64,000 nucleotides of DNA from the human T2T-CHM13v2.0 reference genome, Homo sapiens, in the NCBI RefSeq assembly GCF_009914755.1, contig NC_060929.1, one strand, 5' to 3'. Position numbers and translations under genes: made by a program. Each line of letters opens with the position of its first letter. Position 1 is the stretch's first letter. Positions 40,407 through 53,754 of the stretch are shown piece by piece. The notes under the pieces were generated by a model. That model was not told the origin of the DNA, ran no database searches, and worked only from the letters and a program-made list of their open reading frames with translations.

Positions 40407-40917
40407 TGTGGCAGGCAGAACAATGGCCCCCAAAGATGTCCACATCCTGATTCTCAGAGCCTGTGAATCTATTACATTACATTGCAAAGGGGGATTTAGG
40501 TTGCAGATGGAATTAAGTTTGCTAATCAGAGGACCTTAAAATAGGGAGGTTATACTGCAGTCTCTGGGAGGGCCCAACATAATCATAAGGGTCCTTAAAA
40601 GAAGATGAGGGAAGCATAAGAGAGACTCAGGAGTGATGCAATGCCTGCCTCTGCCTTGCTGACTTCAAAGATGGAGGAAGGGCCCATAAGCCGAAGAATC
40701 TGGAAGCCTCTGGAAGCTGGAGAAGAAAGGAAATGGATTTGCCCCTGGATCCTGCAGAAAGGGGCACAGTCCTGCAGCCTGACACATTCATTACCACCCA
40801 GCGAGACATATTTTTGTCAGATTTCTACCATACTGAAGTGTAAGATGATAAATTTGGTTGTTTTAAGCCACCAGATTTGTGGTCATCTGTTACAGCAGCA
40901 ATAGGAAGCTAATTCCA
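40407..40917 (+). mobile_element. MaLR solo LTR (MLT1D-like)
   Basis: tgtggcaggcagaacaatggcccccaaagatgtccacatcc ... tgttacagcagcaataggaagctaat. Confidence 0.85.
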
Positions 40918-41844
40918 TGTGCAAAAATTCACAGCTAGCCCTGGATTATCCTGATGAATGGGCATTGCCCTGGTGAAAAATCAGTAGGCAGCTCTCTGTA
41001 GAACCCAAAAACCTGCCTTCCACCTCCATGGCAATTCTTCATAGGCAGAAACTGTACCACTCTCACCTGTTTCCTGGGCTGATCCTTTTCTACCCTGTCC
41101 CTGTGCTATTCTGAAAATAGCTTTACCAAGAAGGACATGAAACTGTGAGCAAAAGTCACACATTCATGACAAAATTCTCCCAGGAAGATTATCATTCCAA
41201 TCAAAACATGTATGGTATCCTTTTAAAATATCATTACCCAGAGCTTTCATTCTGAAGCACTTCCCATATATTATTTTAGGTGTCTGTGCCAGCCCATAAG
41301 TGTGCATAAATGGCAGTTTCTAGTGCACACCGTGGTTTTTAGATTGCAGTTTTTGAGTTGATTCCAAGAATTTTACTCTTAAGAAGCCCAAATAGCACTG
41401 CAGACAAATGTATTTTTTGAAATAGTAGAAAAACTAACAGTTCAGAATTTTTGGACTAAGTAGCTGATAGAGAACAGGTTGGTAACAGGAGACTGGTGTA
41501 GACTCATAGACTCATACCCTTCTTGCTGAGCCATCCTCACCCTGTGGCTTGGCCTAATTGATTTTCTAGGATCTTTAACCACGTCTAGGCTGCGGATACA
41601 CCTTGCATGGTGGCATGACTACATTGATGGAGTTAGAGCTGAGATCCACATTCCTATTTCTCATTTCCTGTCCAGCTGCCTTTGATGGATTTTCCTTAAT
41701 CACCTGGACCCTCACAGCTCTGCCACTTTCCTTGCTAGTTCGGATTAGTTTGATGTTTATGTGTCTGTAATAATGGAAACAATAAAAACCACCAACCTCC
41801 CTGCTATTCTTCAGGTGCTTTACATACACATTATCATTTAACGT

Positions 41845-42200
41845 GCAGTTTAGTGCTGTGCTTACAGCATGGACTTTGGAACTAGACCACTTTGTTTCCA
41901 ATCCTGGCCCTACCACTCATCAGCTTGTGTGACCGTGGGCACATTCATGAACATCTCTAGGACTCAGCCCTTCCATCTCCCTCTCCCACAAGCCCTGCTC
42001 TGGACACCAGACTCCCCACCACAGGGAGCCTCCTGAGATACAGATCACTGTTACTAGGGGAGGACAACCTTATGCTTCCGTCCACAGTATCACATTTCTG
42101 ATGACGACTAACTATCACCCAGAACAGATCCAGTGAAATGGCAATTTAAAAAGTACTTCTTTATAAAGTTGCTGCGAGGATCATATGTTTAGAAGGGTCC
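41845..42200 (+). mobile_element. MIR interrupted by a 160-bp insertion
   Basis: MIR 5' part (ggactttggaactagacc...tgtgaccgtgggca...ctcagcccttccatct) resumes after 42133 as tgaaatggcaat...gttgctgcgaggat. Confidence 0.8.
41974..42133 (+). repeat. Local direct duplication B, inserted copy
   Basis: About 93% identical to 38341-38500; splits a MIR. Confidence 0.95.
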
Positions 42201-42389
42201 CGGTAACGTAGCCAATGCCACATAGGTGTATGACCTCTTCCCTATCTTTTGAGGTAGGTGTGAGACTACGGTGCTCAGAAAAGTGGAACGACTTTGGGCA
42301 ACTTGGGAACAACTTGCCCAAAGTCACACACTTGATCAGAGGCAGAGGTAGGATATGGAACCGGATCAAGTCCAACCATGGACTTTCCA

Positions 42390-43460
42390 CCCTGCTGCGC
42401 CGTCTCAAGTTTGTCCCTGATTGGTTCTGAATCCCTGGCGCCCATTCTCATCCCGCCCATCCGAAGATAAAACAATCTTCCTCCCGCGCCCCGCTGCTTC
42501 CCGGGAGCTCCCAGGAACTCTAGAGAAAACAGGAAAACTGAAAAGTGCGCTCTGCCTGCTGTGCCAGGCATGTCCCTCAGGGGGAGCCAACAAGGCTTTA
42601 TTTCGTCCCGGCAGCTGGCCCCTGGGCACGGCCCCCAGCCCGGCGTCCCAGTTCCAGCGGCGCTGCAGGGGCGCGAGGGTGCCCGGCTCGCAGGTGTCCG
42701 CGCGCACCGCAGGGCTGCCCGAGTGCGGCTGGCGGAATCCCTCCCCAGCTGGGGAGGAAGGCAGTTGTTTTCTTCCTGGTGGAACGTTCCACTTGAAACT
42801 GTTCCACAAGGGCTGTTCTCGCCTCCGACTCCGGGAGGAACTGTAATTAACACAGCAACAAACGCCCACGACGCTAACTGGCAAAGGGAGTGTAACACGA
42901 GCCGCTGCTACAACCGAACTGGGCCAATTGCTTTCCCTTCTTGCCTCCCATTTGGTCTGTTTTGGTTCCGCAGTCATCCAACTGTAGCGTTTCTTAAAAC
43001 ATGTCAGTGGCTGGTGTTTGTGTTTTGGGTTGAACAGTTTCACACACGTCGCTGGAGCCCGTGCTCGACCAGCTGCTGTGCTGGGGATTTGCTTTCTGCG
43101 GCTTTGGGAGTGTCAGGTAGCAAAACGAAGAGAGTAGTCGACTAGAACGGTGGCGGGGAGGAGGAGGAGGGATTGTCTGCAGTGGAGTCGGGAGCCTCCT
43201 CCGGACCAGGACAGGTAAAACCGGTCTGCCAGGTCTCAGGGGGAGCGGGTGGAGACGTCCCACCTCACCTGGCTGCGCTCCGACTCAGGCTCAGCCGGCA
43301 GGTTCTGGGGCAATGGGGGAAGGGAGAGGGGCCGGGCCCTTGTGGGTCCCGCACGCACACAGTACTCAGGGGCCAGCCAGGCGCCATCCCAGGTGGCCCA
43401 GCTTGGGGTGGGCAGCCAGGGTTGGGGCAGGGGTGCGTCCTGAGTTCTTTACCTTTGAAA
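42390..43460. promoter_or_regulatory. CpG island, candidate promoter
   Basis: Only non-Alu CpG-dense GC-rich kilobase in the window; CCAAT motifs at 42420-42424 (reverse) and 42924-42928; G-rich + strand after the donor at 43214. Confidence 0.85.
42950..43214 (+). ncRNA. Candidate first exon from the CpG island (start uncertain)
   Basis: Donor CAG|GTAAAA at 43214/43215 followed by G-triplet-rich intron-like sequence; no ATG-initiated ORF with a recognisable product. Confidence 0.35.
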
Positions 43461-43519
43461 GGTCTGATTTCCGATGCTGCCCTTACACATACCCTTGCTC
43501 CTGCCGAGTTTAGTCCGTG

Positions 43520-43643
43520 GCTTCACTGGGGAACTTGTTACATGGAGATTCACGGGCCCTGCCGGAGACCCAGTGAGGCAGAATCTGCCCTTTAACAAGA
43601 TCCTCAGGTGATCTGCAGACACGTTAAAGTTTAGGAAGCACTG
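43520..43643. mobile_element. MER5 family fragment
   Basis: gaatctgccctttaacaagatcctcaggtgatctg..gacacgttaaagtttaggaagcactg. Confidence 0.65.
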
Positions 43644-45178
43644 ACTGCCTTATGACATATTATACTTTCTTCTAACGTCTTTCTATCAATTTCCCATCGT
43701 GTCAACACACTACCTTAGAAAATTGCAGAACAGGCAGTGGCTTTTAGAGAACTGTAACTGCTCTCAGCTAAATGTCTGCCCCGTTTGATGCTTAGTAGTA
43801 GCTCTCTGCTAATTACTGCTAAGGGGTAGAGTGGGGAGAGGCACAGCCAGCAGGACTATACAGTCCAACCCAGGAAAGCTCAGAGACTAGATGGGGAACC
43901 CAAATCCAAACAAGAAGAATGATGTAACTCTACAAGGTAAGAATATACAAGGCAGAAATGACTATCATAGAAGCAACGTAAACAGTATGTGCTGCATGTT
44001 TAGTAAATTCACTGTATTAAGTATCTACTACCAATTTTTTATGTATTCTCTCTCTATACAGATTCATACATATACATATATGTCTATAAGTATATAGAGA
44101 CAGAATATATATTCTGACACAGTAGGGATCAATATTTATTGAATCAATAGCTACAGCCCATTACAACGCATTCTCCTGGAAAGAATTTTGTGTTTTAGAC
44201 CAAACCAGCATATATCTGTTCCAAAATTAAAATGTATTACCAATAACCAAGAGTCCATTTCACATGTCTTTTAAAACATTACGTATGTATTCATCATAGG
44301 TACATGGCTCCCATTTGAACATGATGGTTCTAGAAGCCCAGAGAGGCCCAGCAGAGCTACTTAAAGAATCCTGTGAAGTCTTCCCAGTCAGAATAACCCA
44401 ACATACCTCCTACATGTCCATTAAGTCCTCCCAGGGCACAATGCCCTCATAGATCACAGACTGTAACTTTTTCAAAGCTGTTTCTTTCTCATGAGTTATT
44501 GATCTGCAAGCTAAACATTTTCAAACTGAGCTTTCACTCAATGGCCTGGAGTCACTTCAATTTATTCTGTCAAGTACTCAAGGTTCCTTACCTAGGCACT
44601 TAATCATGTGAGTTGTACATAGTGAGTACCAGTGAAAAGCAAGGTGGAGCATCCCTCATCTCACCCTATCAGAAGGATGATTACAATTTTTAAAATTCAT
44701 TTGTTCCATCTAAAGGGGCTAAGGTTAACAAAACATTGCAGGCATTTTTTTCTGTTCTTTGTCTCTGTTATGTCCCAAATGCCTAAGACAGATCATGGAG
44801 AACAGCAGGTGCTCAATGAATATTTTGAGTTGAGCCAAATTGAATTGGTGCTTGAGGACATAACCAAGAAGAGATTATCACTCTGTCACACTATGACATT
44901 ACTACCTGTACATGCTATTTCCAACAATATTTAACACACAATTTGAAGTGTTCCCTCATGCTTTATCCTTGCTGGAGACAATCAGGTCTGGTAAGACAAT
45001 GGAAGGCAAACAAGGATTCTAGAGGGAAAGGGTTGCAGGAGGGAGTGGGGAAGGACATGCGTTTAACAATGTTTAGTGAATGAGAACTGTCACTTTTGAA
45101 TGTGAACAGTAAAAAAGCAGAACAAAAGGTTGAGAACCCAATCTAGAATATAATTGCTATTTTTAAAATAAAAGTTTC

Positions 45179-46153
45179 ACCATCAGAGTGAACAGGCAAC
45201 CTACAGAATGGGAGAAAATTTTTGCAACCTACTCATCTGACAAAGGGCTAATACCCAGAACCTACAATGAACTCAAACAAATTTACAAGAAAAAAACAAA
45301 CAACCCCATCAAAAAGTGGGTGAAGGATATGAACAGACACTTCTCAAAAGAAGACATTTATGCAGCCAAAAAACACATGAAAAAATGCTCATCATCACTG
45401 GCCATCAGAGAAATGCAAATCAAAACCACAATGAGATACCATCTCACACCAGTTAGAATGGTGATCATTAAAAAGTCAGGAAACAACAGGTGCTGGAGAG
45501 GATGTGGAGAAATAGGAACACTTTTGCACTGTTGGTGGGATTGTAAACTAGTTCAACCATTGTGGAAGTCAGTGTGGTGATTCCTCAGGGATCTAGAACT
45601 AGAAATACCATTTGACCCAGCCATCCCATTACTGGCTATATACCCAAAGGATTATAAATCATGCTGCTATAAAGACACATGCACACGTATGTTTATTGCA
45701 GCACTATTCACAATAGCAAAGACTTGGAACCAACCCAAATGTCCAACAATGATAGACTGGATTAAGAAAATGTAGCACATATACACCATGGAATACTATG
45801 CAGCCATAAAAAATGATGAGTTCATGTACTTTGTAGGGACATGGATGAAACTGGAAACCATCATTCTCAGCAAACTATCACAAGGACAAAAAACCAAACA
45901 CCGCATGTTCTCACTCATAGGTAGGAATTGAACAATAAGAACACATGGACACAGGAAGGGGAACATCACACACCGGGGACTGTTGTGGGGTGCGGGGAGT
46001 GGGGAGGAGATATACCTAATGCTAAATGACGAGTCGATGGGTGCAGCACACCAACATGGCACGTGTATACATATGTAACAAGTCTGCACATTGTGCACAT
46101 GTACCCTAAAACTTAAAGTATAATAATAATAAAATTAAAAAAATAAATAAAAT
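45179..46153 (+). mobile_element. 5'-truncated L1PA (about L1PA3-5): ORF2 C-terminus, 3'UTR and tail
   Basis: ORF 45188..45580 is L1 ORF2p ([20 protein letters not shown]...[29 protein letters not shown]) with a premature stop; TSD aaaat[a/g]aaagtttc at 45165-45178 and 46154-46167. Confidence 0.97.
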
Positions 46154-48020
46154 AAAATGAAAGTTTCTAAAAGGCAAGAACTTCTAGTTCAATAACGCTT
46201 CCCCGTCCACTATAATAACCACAGCTAATATTTATTGAGTACTCACTACATGCCAGGCACAATCCTACTGACTAGTCTTTACACTAACCCTTAGAGGGAG
46301 GTGCTGTCACTACCCCCATGATACAGATGAGGAACAAATGACAGAAGTTCGGTCATTTTCCCATGATCACGCAGAGCTAATGGGCTCAAGTACAGGGCCA
46401 GGATTTAGAGACCTGGGTTACAAGCCCATGCTTGTAACCAGTGGGCTGAGAGTAAGAAACACCAAGTGAATTTGAAAGAGAAAACAACCTGACAGAAGAC
46501 CCTGCCGTCCTGTCTTTTGTCCTTCTGTAGCACATGCTCTCAGTCCACTGGCACAGGCCCTCAGCTTACCCTCGAAATCACTGAGCTTCAGTGGTTCCTT
46601 CTACGCTCACTGATGGCCCCCCTATGTGAAGACCCTCTGCTTGTCTCCACAGGAGAGTTAGGCCAGAAATGCCAGGGAGCAAATGCCCCAGACCCAAAGC
46701 CAGTGAAAAATGGGAGTCAGTAAATCGTCGACTTTTCTCTCCCCTTGTGACACTGTAATAGGATAATTCTGACTTGCATTATACAGTCTTTCAGCGTGCT
46801 CCCAGAGGGACTGGGTCCCAATTGTCCTCTGTGCTATTGCTCTCCCCCATACACCCTTTACTGGTTCTCCTCCCCTCCTTGCCTCATTTACCCACTATGT
46901 TTCCTGGAATCACTTTTCAAACTCCTTGTCTCAGGATCTACTTTTGAGGAAACCAACTCAAAACACTTAAATAACATGATATTGAGTAGGACTTTTCCCA
47001 TTGCAATGGATTTAGCAATTAGGACCCCAAACTAAGGATGTTAAGCACCCGACATACTAAAGACAGCTGAATACAACTAGAGGCAAGACATCTGCTTGGT
47101 GTCTTAAGAGAAGGATGAAAGAGTTCTGCAAACACATTATCTCTACCCCATTTCTCTCCTTTCCCCCAATCCATATAAGCAGACAACTAGGAAAGGATAA
47201 TTTAAAGAAATGGTTGAGATCCTCCAATGAGGAGTTCTGTGGCTTTTCCTTCCTCTCCCCATGGGAGCTTCTGGTACCCAAGACAAGTGAAATTGCACAA
47301 AAAGTGGACATTTGAGTCACAGAATATACAGAGGCTTCTACAGAGCCCACCAAGAAACATACATGCACCCTTCCTCCTGGACCAAGAGAACCAGCCTCTG
47401 GGCACTGGCCACATAGAAGCCTTCAACTTCCAACAGAGCATCAGTCATGTGCCCAGCCGAACAAAGTGATGTCTGCCCCTATTTCCCCCTCACTAGCAAC
47501 AGAAGAGCTTGAAGTGAAGGGGGAGAAGATAATGGGAACAGAGAATGTGAGAGTAGACCTGCCACTCCTGCAACTTCATGTCCTTTGGGTTAAAATGAGT
47601 AGAAGAGGTGAGTGTTAAATTGGATGAGACGTTCAAACTTTGTAGAGGACTAGATTGTTTTATTTTGTTTTGCTTTTTTAACTTAGAGTGATCGAAAACC
47701 TATGAAATCTTGAGATATAGTTAAGAAAAGGAAAAGGAATATTCTACCCAGCACAACAAGGGCAGCAATTGGAGAAAAACTATCTTTAATATTTACACCC
47801 CAACCAAATTAGGCTTTTCAGATTTGCAAGTTATACTTGTTTTGTAAGGAGAATTCAGCAGAGCCTGTCTGGATATACTATCTAACAAATACTATGGAGT
47901 AAAGATGAACTGTCAAATGTGAATGAAAAATCGTTAGGAAGCATTTGAAAGCTTCCTTTATCCCCACCATTAGATTAAAACAAATCTTCTAGGAGAGGTG
48001 AACAGCAAATAAGCAAACTG

Positions 48021-48318
48021 GGACTGGGTGCAGTAGCTCATGCCTATAATCCTAGCACTTTGGGAGGCTAAGGCAAGAGGATTGCTTGAGGCCAGGAATT
48101 CAAGACTAGCCTGGGCAACATAATGAGACATTGTCTCTACAAAAAATTAAAAAATAAGCTGGGTATGGTGGCAACGCCTATAGTTCCAGCTACTCAGGAG
48201 GCTGAGGCAGAGGATCACTTGAGCCCAGGAAGTGGATGCTGCAGTAAGCCGTGATGTCACCACTGCACTCTAGCCTGGGCAACAGAACAAGATCCGAACT
48301 CTTTAAAAAAAAAAAAAA
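48021..48318 (+). mobile_element. AluJ
   Basis: gaggattgcttgaggccaggaattcaagac; ggatcacttgagcccagga. Confidence 0.9.
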
Positions 48319-48320
48319 GC

Positions 48321-48628
<308 letters not shown>

Positions 48629-49290
48629 CTAGAAGAGAGTAATCCATTTTTGATGGCAGCTCATATGGTTACTTTGTCTAGTACATTTATTTTAAAATAT
48701 TGGGAATCTTGACATTGAAAGAATTCAAAATCTGTTTTAAATGAGAACTCTGGAAACTGAAATTTGAAGAAATTTCCTCAGGGACTGGTGTTGATAAACT
48801 TTACAAATAACATTATTGATCTGCAAAAGTCACCAACATATTGTCATGGTTTTGGTAGAGCCAGGCACTGTACCCGGAAAAAAAAGAAAAGGAAAAAAAA
48901 AGCTTTCATCATCAGCAATGTCAAAAACCATAAAATCAGCAATTAGATTTAGAGAAAAAGCCTGTGGGAATGAAAACTAGTGATGCAATCAGTTAATCTG
49001 AAGCTGGTTAAAATTCTGGTGTAACCTAGGCACCAATTGCTATCTTTTGCTGATATGAACTGAAGGAATAAAAAGCAAGCACAAATGACTGTAGAAAATA
49101 ATAAAGCTATCCATTGTTCTTCCCTACTGTCTTTTCCCATAATGATTTTCCAAATATGCAATGAAGGGGATTTTTAATGCTGTATTAAAAGGAGATATTT
49201 TATAGAAAATATGTAGAAAAAAATCTGTGAAGATACTCATTAAAGAGCATTGAGATTAATAACAGAATTTTTTAATCCACACAGAATTTA

Positions 49291-49632
<342 letters not shown>

Positions 49633-50064
49633 TGACTTTAACATTAAAAACACCTAAATATTTATTCCAGGAGGAAATATAGGGGATCTTATGCACATAT
49701 TTATAGACTCTGGTTCTGTCATTGTCACAGATGGACATTTGCCATTCTTTCTGGCCACTCAGCATCTGAAACTTGGTGGTGCTTGAGGGGTGCTTGAAGA
49801 ACATCCCTCTTGAGTCTCATCCACACTCCTGGGGCACAGCCCATTTCCCACTATAAAGATGAACATGCTAGGCTCTGGATCACTCAGCCTCCTTGTGGCT
49901 GGGCACAGGCACTTCAGCAGGCTTCATTCATCAGATGCAACCCCTCAGCCTTTAAAAGAGGGGGGACTGCCCACATTTATTGTGGAGATACATGTTAGTG
50001 GTGGCAGCAGGAACATCGCTTGATTTTCAGAGGCAGCAGTGACAGCATTTATGGTGGCCACATA

Positions 50065-50436
50065 AATGATAATTAATACTGTCAACTTGATTGGATTGAA
50101 GGATACAAAGTATTGATCCTGGGTGTGTCTGTGAGGGTGTTGCCAAAAGAGATTAACATTTGAGTCAGTGGACTGGGGAAGGTAGATCCAACCTTCACCT
50201 GGTGGGCACAATCTAATCAGCTGCCTGCGAATATAAAGCAGGCAAAAAAAACGTGAAAAGGAGAGACTGGCCTGGCCTCCAAGCCTACATCTTTCTCCTG
50301 GATGCTTCCTGTCCTTGAACATTGGACTCCAAGTTCTTCAGTTTTGGGACTTGCACTGGCTCTCCTTGCTCCTCAGCTTGCAGACAGCCTACTGTGGGAC
50401 TTTGTGATTGTGTAATTTAATACTTAATAAACTCCC

Positions 50437-50487
<51 letters not shown>

Positions 50488-50526
50488 CTATTAGTTCTGT
50501 CCCTCTAGAGAATCCTGACTAATACA
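50065..50526 (+). mobile_element. MLT2A (HERV-L) solo LTR
   Basis: tgtcaacttgattggattgaaggatacaaagtattgatcctgggtgtgtctgtgagggtgttgccaaa ... ttagttctgtccctctagagaatcctgactaataca. Confidence 0.92.
50441..50484. repeat. (AT)22 microsatellite within MLT2A
   Basis: Uninterrupted run read directly. Confidence 0.95.
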
Positions 50527-52769
50527 CCCTGGCACACCAATGTCAGGAATATCAGCAGCACAAGGTCTAGCATTGGTGTCCAGAGAAGACATTTCTGCAG
50601 CATGATCTGGGTATTGTTCTCAACCTACACCTTCCCCCACAGGTACTCTGAGCTGCCTTTAAATGAATTCTTCAGCTTCTGAAATCACCTAGGTTTCTTT
50701 GACTGACACAATTATTACTCAACATGTATTGGAAACTGCAAAATGATTTGGGGCAATTATATCCATTAAAAGAAATGAAAATGAAACTTCATCAAATCCT
50801 CTTGGGGATAAGAATCTTCCAAAGACGGTCCCTTTTTCCACCAAGAGACATAAGGGAATAAGTTTGTGTATCTACAAACTTAAGTATGGAAAATGGAAGT
50901 GACAACTTTCATTTGTAAGCAAGTCCTAATTTTTTCCAAAGCTTTTTAATAAATTTTTTTTTTGTAATTGGAATGAAAAATGGTCAGGGAACTAGAAGAG
51001 AAGTTAGGGAATTCTAAATCCATCACTAAGGGTAGTATTTCAAGCAGACCATAAAAGAGAAGCTTGATTGAGAACATCTAGGAAGCTGTGAGTAACAGCA
51101 TGAAACAAGCAAAGGTCGATTTAGTTGGATGACATTGAATGAAGTACTTTACAGTATAAGATTCATATGATCTCTCAAAGAAAAATTATCAAACTTTCAT
51201 CTGGAAATAGTAAAAAAAAAAACAGTCAAACATGACACTTATTAACCAATAAATTATAGCATAAAATAATAGTTAAAAATAGCAACAGGAGAAACACCTT
51301 TTATTTGAAGATCAAGGTTCCAAGCAAACATTCCCTAATTAATCCTTTCAACAGCATCAGGAAGCTATTATTTAGCATTTTCATAGAAAGCAGTCACTGT
51401 TTTCAAAGTGCTTTACCAACAGTAATTAGATGTTTTTCTCATCAACCTTGTGAAGTAGGTCAATATCATTATCCCAATTTTAAAGGAAAGCAAGGCAGTG
51501 AATAAATACATACAGATAGTGAAGACCACTAACATAATTCTTATGATCACTATCCATATATCTACCATTCTCATCTTTAAAATATGTAAAAGCATCTCTT
51601 GTAAATTGTCTCATTTTAACTCTCCTCAAAAACCCAACATAGTATGTGCAATTGCCTCCATTTGGCCAGTGAAAAATTGAGGTTCACACAACACACACAC
51701 AGACACACACACACTTCATATTAGAAAGGCAGTTGCCTATTTTGTCTTCTTGTAAGGTCTAACTCAACCATGGTCCCAGGGCCCAACAATACTGAAGCTG
51801 CCTAGGCAGACAACACTCACTTCTAAAACAATTTCCTTTCAAACGGAAGGAAATTCCCAAGCATCTGTGCCACATAGTAGAGTGGGTTTTTGCAAAGTGT
51901 GTTCATACCATGAAACAGCTCTGAACTTATTTTATTATAGCAGATCCGTGGACCACCAATCCCCTAAGACAACTATAAGGAACATTTTGAATAGCAAGAT
52001 GGTACTTGCTACATGTGAAACCAAACACACAAATAAAACTACCAGATTCCTTGATGGCTTTAGGAAAATCAGTCTCGTTGAGAATAATAGGAGCTGATTG
52101 GTCTTTGAGAAGAGTAATTCAAAACTGGGCCATCAGATTTAAGAAGATAGTTTAGACTGAGGCAGAAACAACTTCAATTTATTTACAAAGGTCTTCATCA
52201 TATATGGTATTTCTTCACAGAAAACCCAAAAATTAACTACACATGTGTGCTTTTCTTCTTCTCTGTAATTACAGTGGACTTAATGTTTTCTTTTTATGGA
52301 GAAAAAATGTCATCTGTGTATTTTCTTTGTAATTTAGTTGGACTGTTTGCTAAACGTTAGCAATTATAGCAAAATATGAATAATAAAAAAGAAAAAATTG
52401 TCAGATCATAGCCTGACCTTCTTTTTTACCCACTGCATGAATTTTGACTATATCAAAGCAAAACAGTTTAGAATTAGTAATATGCTATTTTCCATTCATC
52501 TAACTGACAATTAAGCTAAGTGAAGAAAATTTGGCCTTAAAGTTTATAGAATTATTCAGCATGAAACAAAAAAAGAACTCAAGTATGCCCGTGTATCTTC
52601 AGTCACTACTTTGCAAGTGAATGTTTCATTATCTTGGAAAAGCTGTTTTAGGAAACCTAAGATTTAATACACACTATTTTAAAAACTTGTCCTTTTCATT
52701 ACAAGCACACTACAGTAATTCCAGTCAACTGTTTATTTTCTTTAGTTATATCTCCCTGAATGTTTCATC

Positions 52770-52985
52770 TGAGGAAAGTTTCAGTTTGAGAAGCCAAACG
52801 TGAGCTGTGACAGAATTCCACAAATCAAAAATTACTTAAAGGTTTACATTGGGGTAATTCCAAAAGCAGGGAAATTTCAAAGCCCAACAAATCAACACCA
52901 CAGGGAATTCCCTTTAATGCCTTCCATCAGTCCTTGTTATTTAGTTTCACTTAAGAATGAAAGTCGAAAGCATTCCACGATCCTT
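52770..52985. promoter_or_regulatory. Candidate NF-kB/IRF/TEAD enhancer
   Basis: GGGTAATTCC 52852-52861, GGGAAATTTC 52869-52878, GGGAATTCCC 52903-52912; IRF-like AGTTTCAGTTT and GAAAGTCGAAA; MCAT GCATTCCA. Confidence 0.45.
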
Positions 52986-53754
52986 TTTTAAGGTGATTTC
53001 TTTTCCTAATTCAAATACTCCAAGTTTGTGCAGAGAGGTATAACCAGAAATTCTTCCCTCTGGAGGAGCCCTAAGAGCAATGCCACTGTGTCCTCATCAG
53101 TTACCTTCTGTGGGCAGCCCAGTATATTGGGCACCATCTGGGGACACCATGAAAGAGCTTGGAAAGGGGAACAAACACCCAGGAGTGGTGAGCATAGAAA
53201 TCAACAAGAGCAAGGGGCCAGGAACAAGTCAAAGGCAGCTGGATCCATCCTCTTTCCACAGTAGCACCCAAAGGAGCTGCTGCATGCGCAGCCAGTTACC
53301 AGACACTTAACCCTGCCTTTCTTCTCACTAAGCTGTCCACACTCTACGAACAAAGGTTTCTAGAAGCAGGTACTAAATCAAGGTTCAAGGTCCATCTCTC
53401 TAGTTCGTAGGGTTAGTAAAGACTGAATGTGATAATATGAGGCCCTCAGAAAAGGAAAAAGTGCTGCTTAAATTAAGCTACCACCATCACTATCTTAACC
53501 ATCAGGGCTGTTTGCTCTGCTTCAGCTTGACACGGACACAAATAATAACAACAGTTGAATGTGTAATATGTGTGGCACTATATAAATCTCACTTAATACA
53601 GACCCATATATGTCTGTCAGTCTGTAACACAGGCTTACGGACTGTAAAACTGAAGCATGAAGAGGTTAAGTAACTAACTTGCTAAAATCAAAGTCTCGTT
53701 TATCTGACCTTAAAGCCCACTCATTTAACCATATCTTAATTAAAAATATTTATT

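Noticed and set aside
42275-43595. Overlapping 140-212 aa ORFs on both strands
   Set aside because: They coincide with the CpG island, where stop codons are rare; low-complexity Pro/Arg/Gly/Ala composition and no recognisable domain.
45188-45580. 130-aa ORF with a Cys/His motif
   Set aside because: It is the C-terminal fragment of L1 ORF2p in a truncated L1PA, not a host gene.
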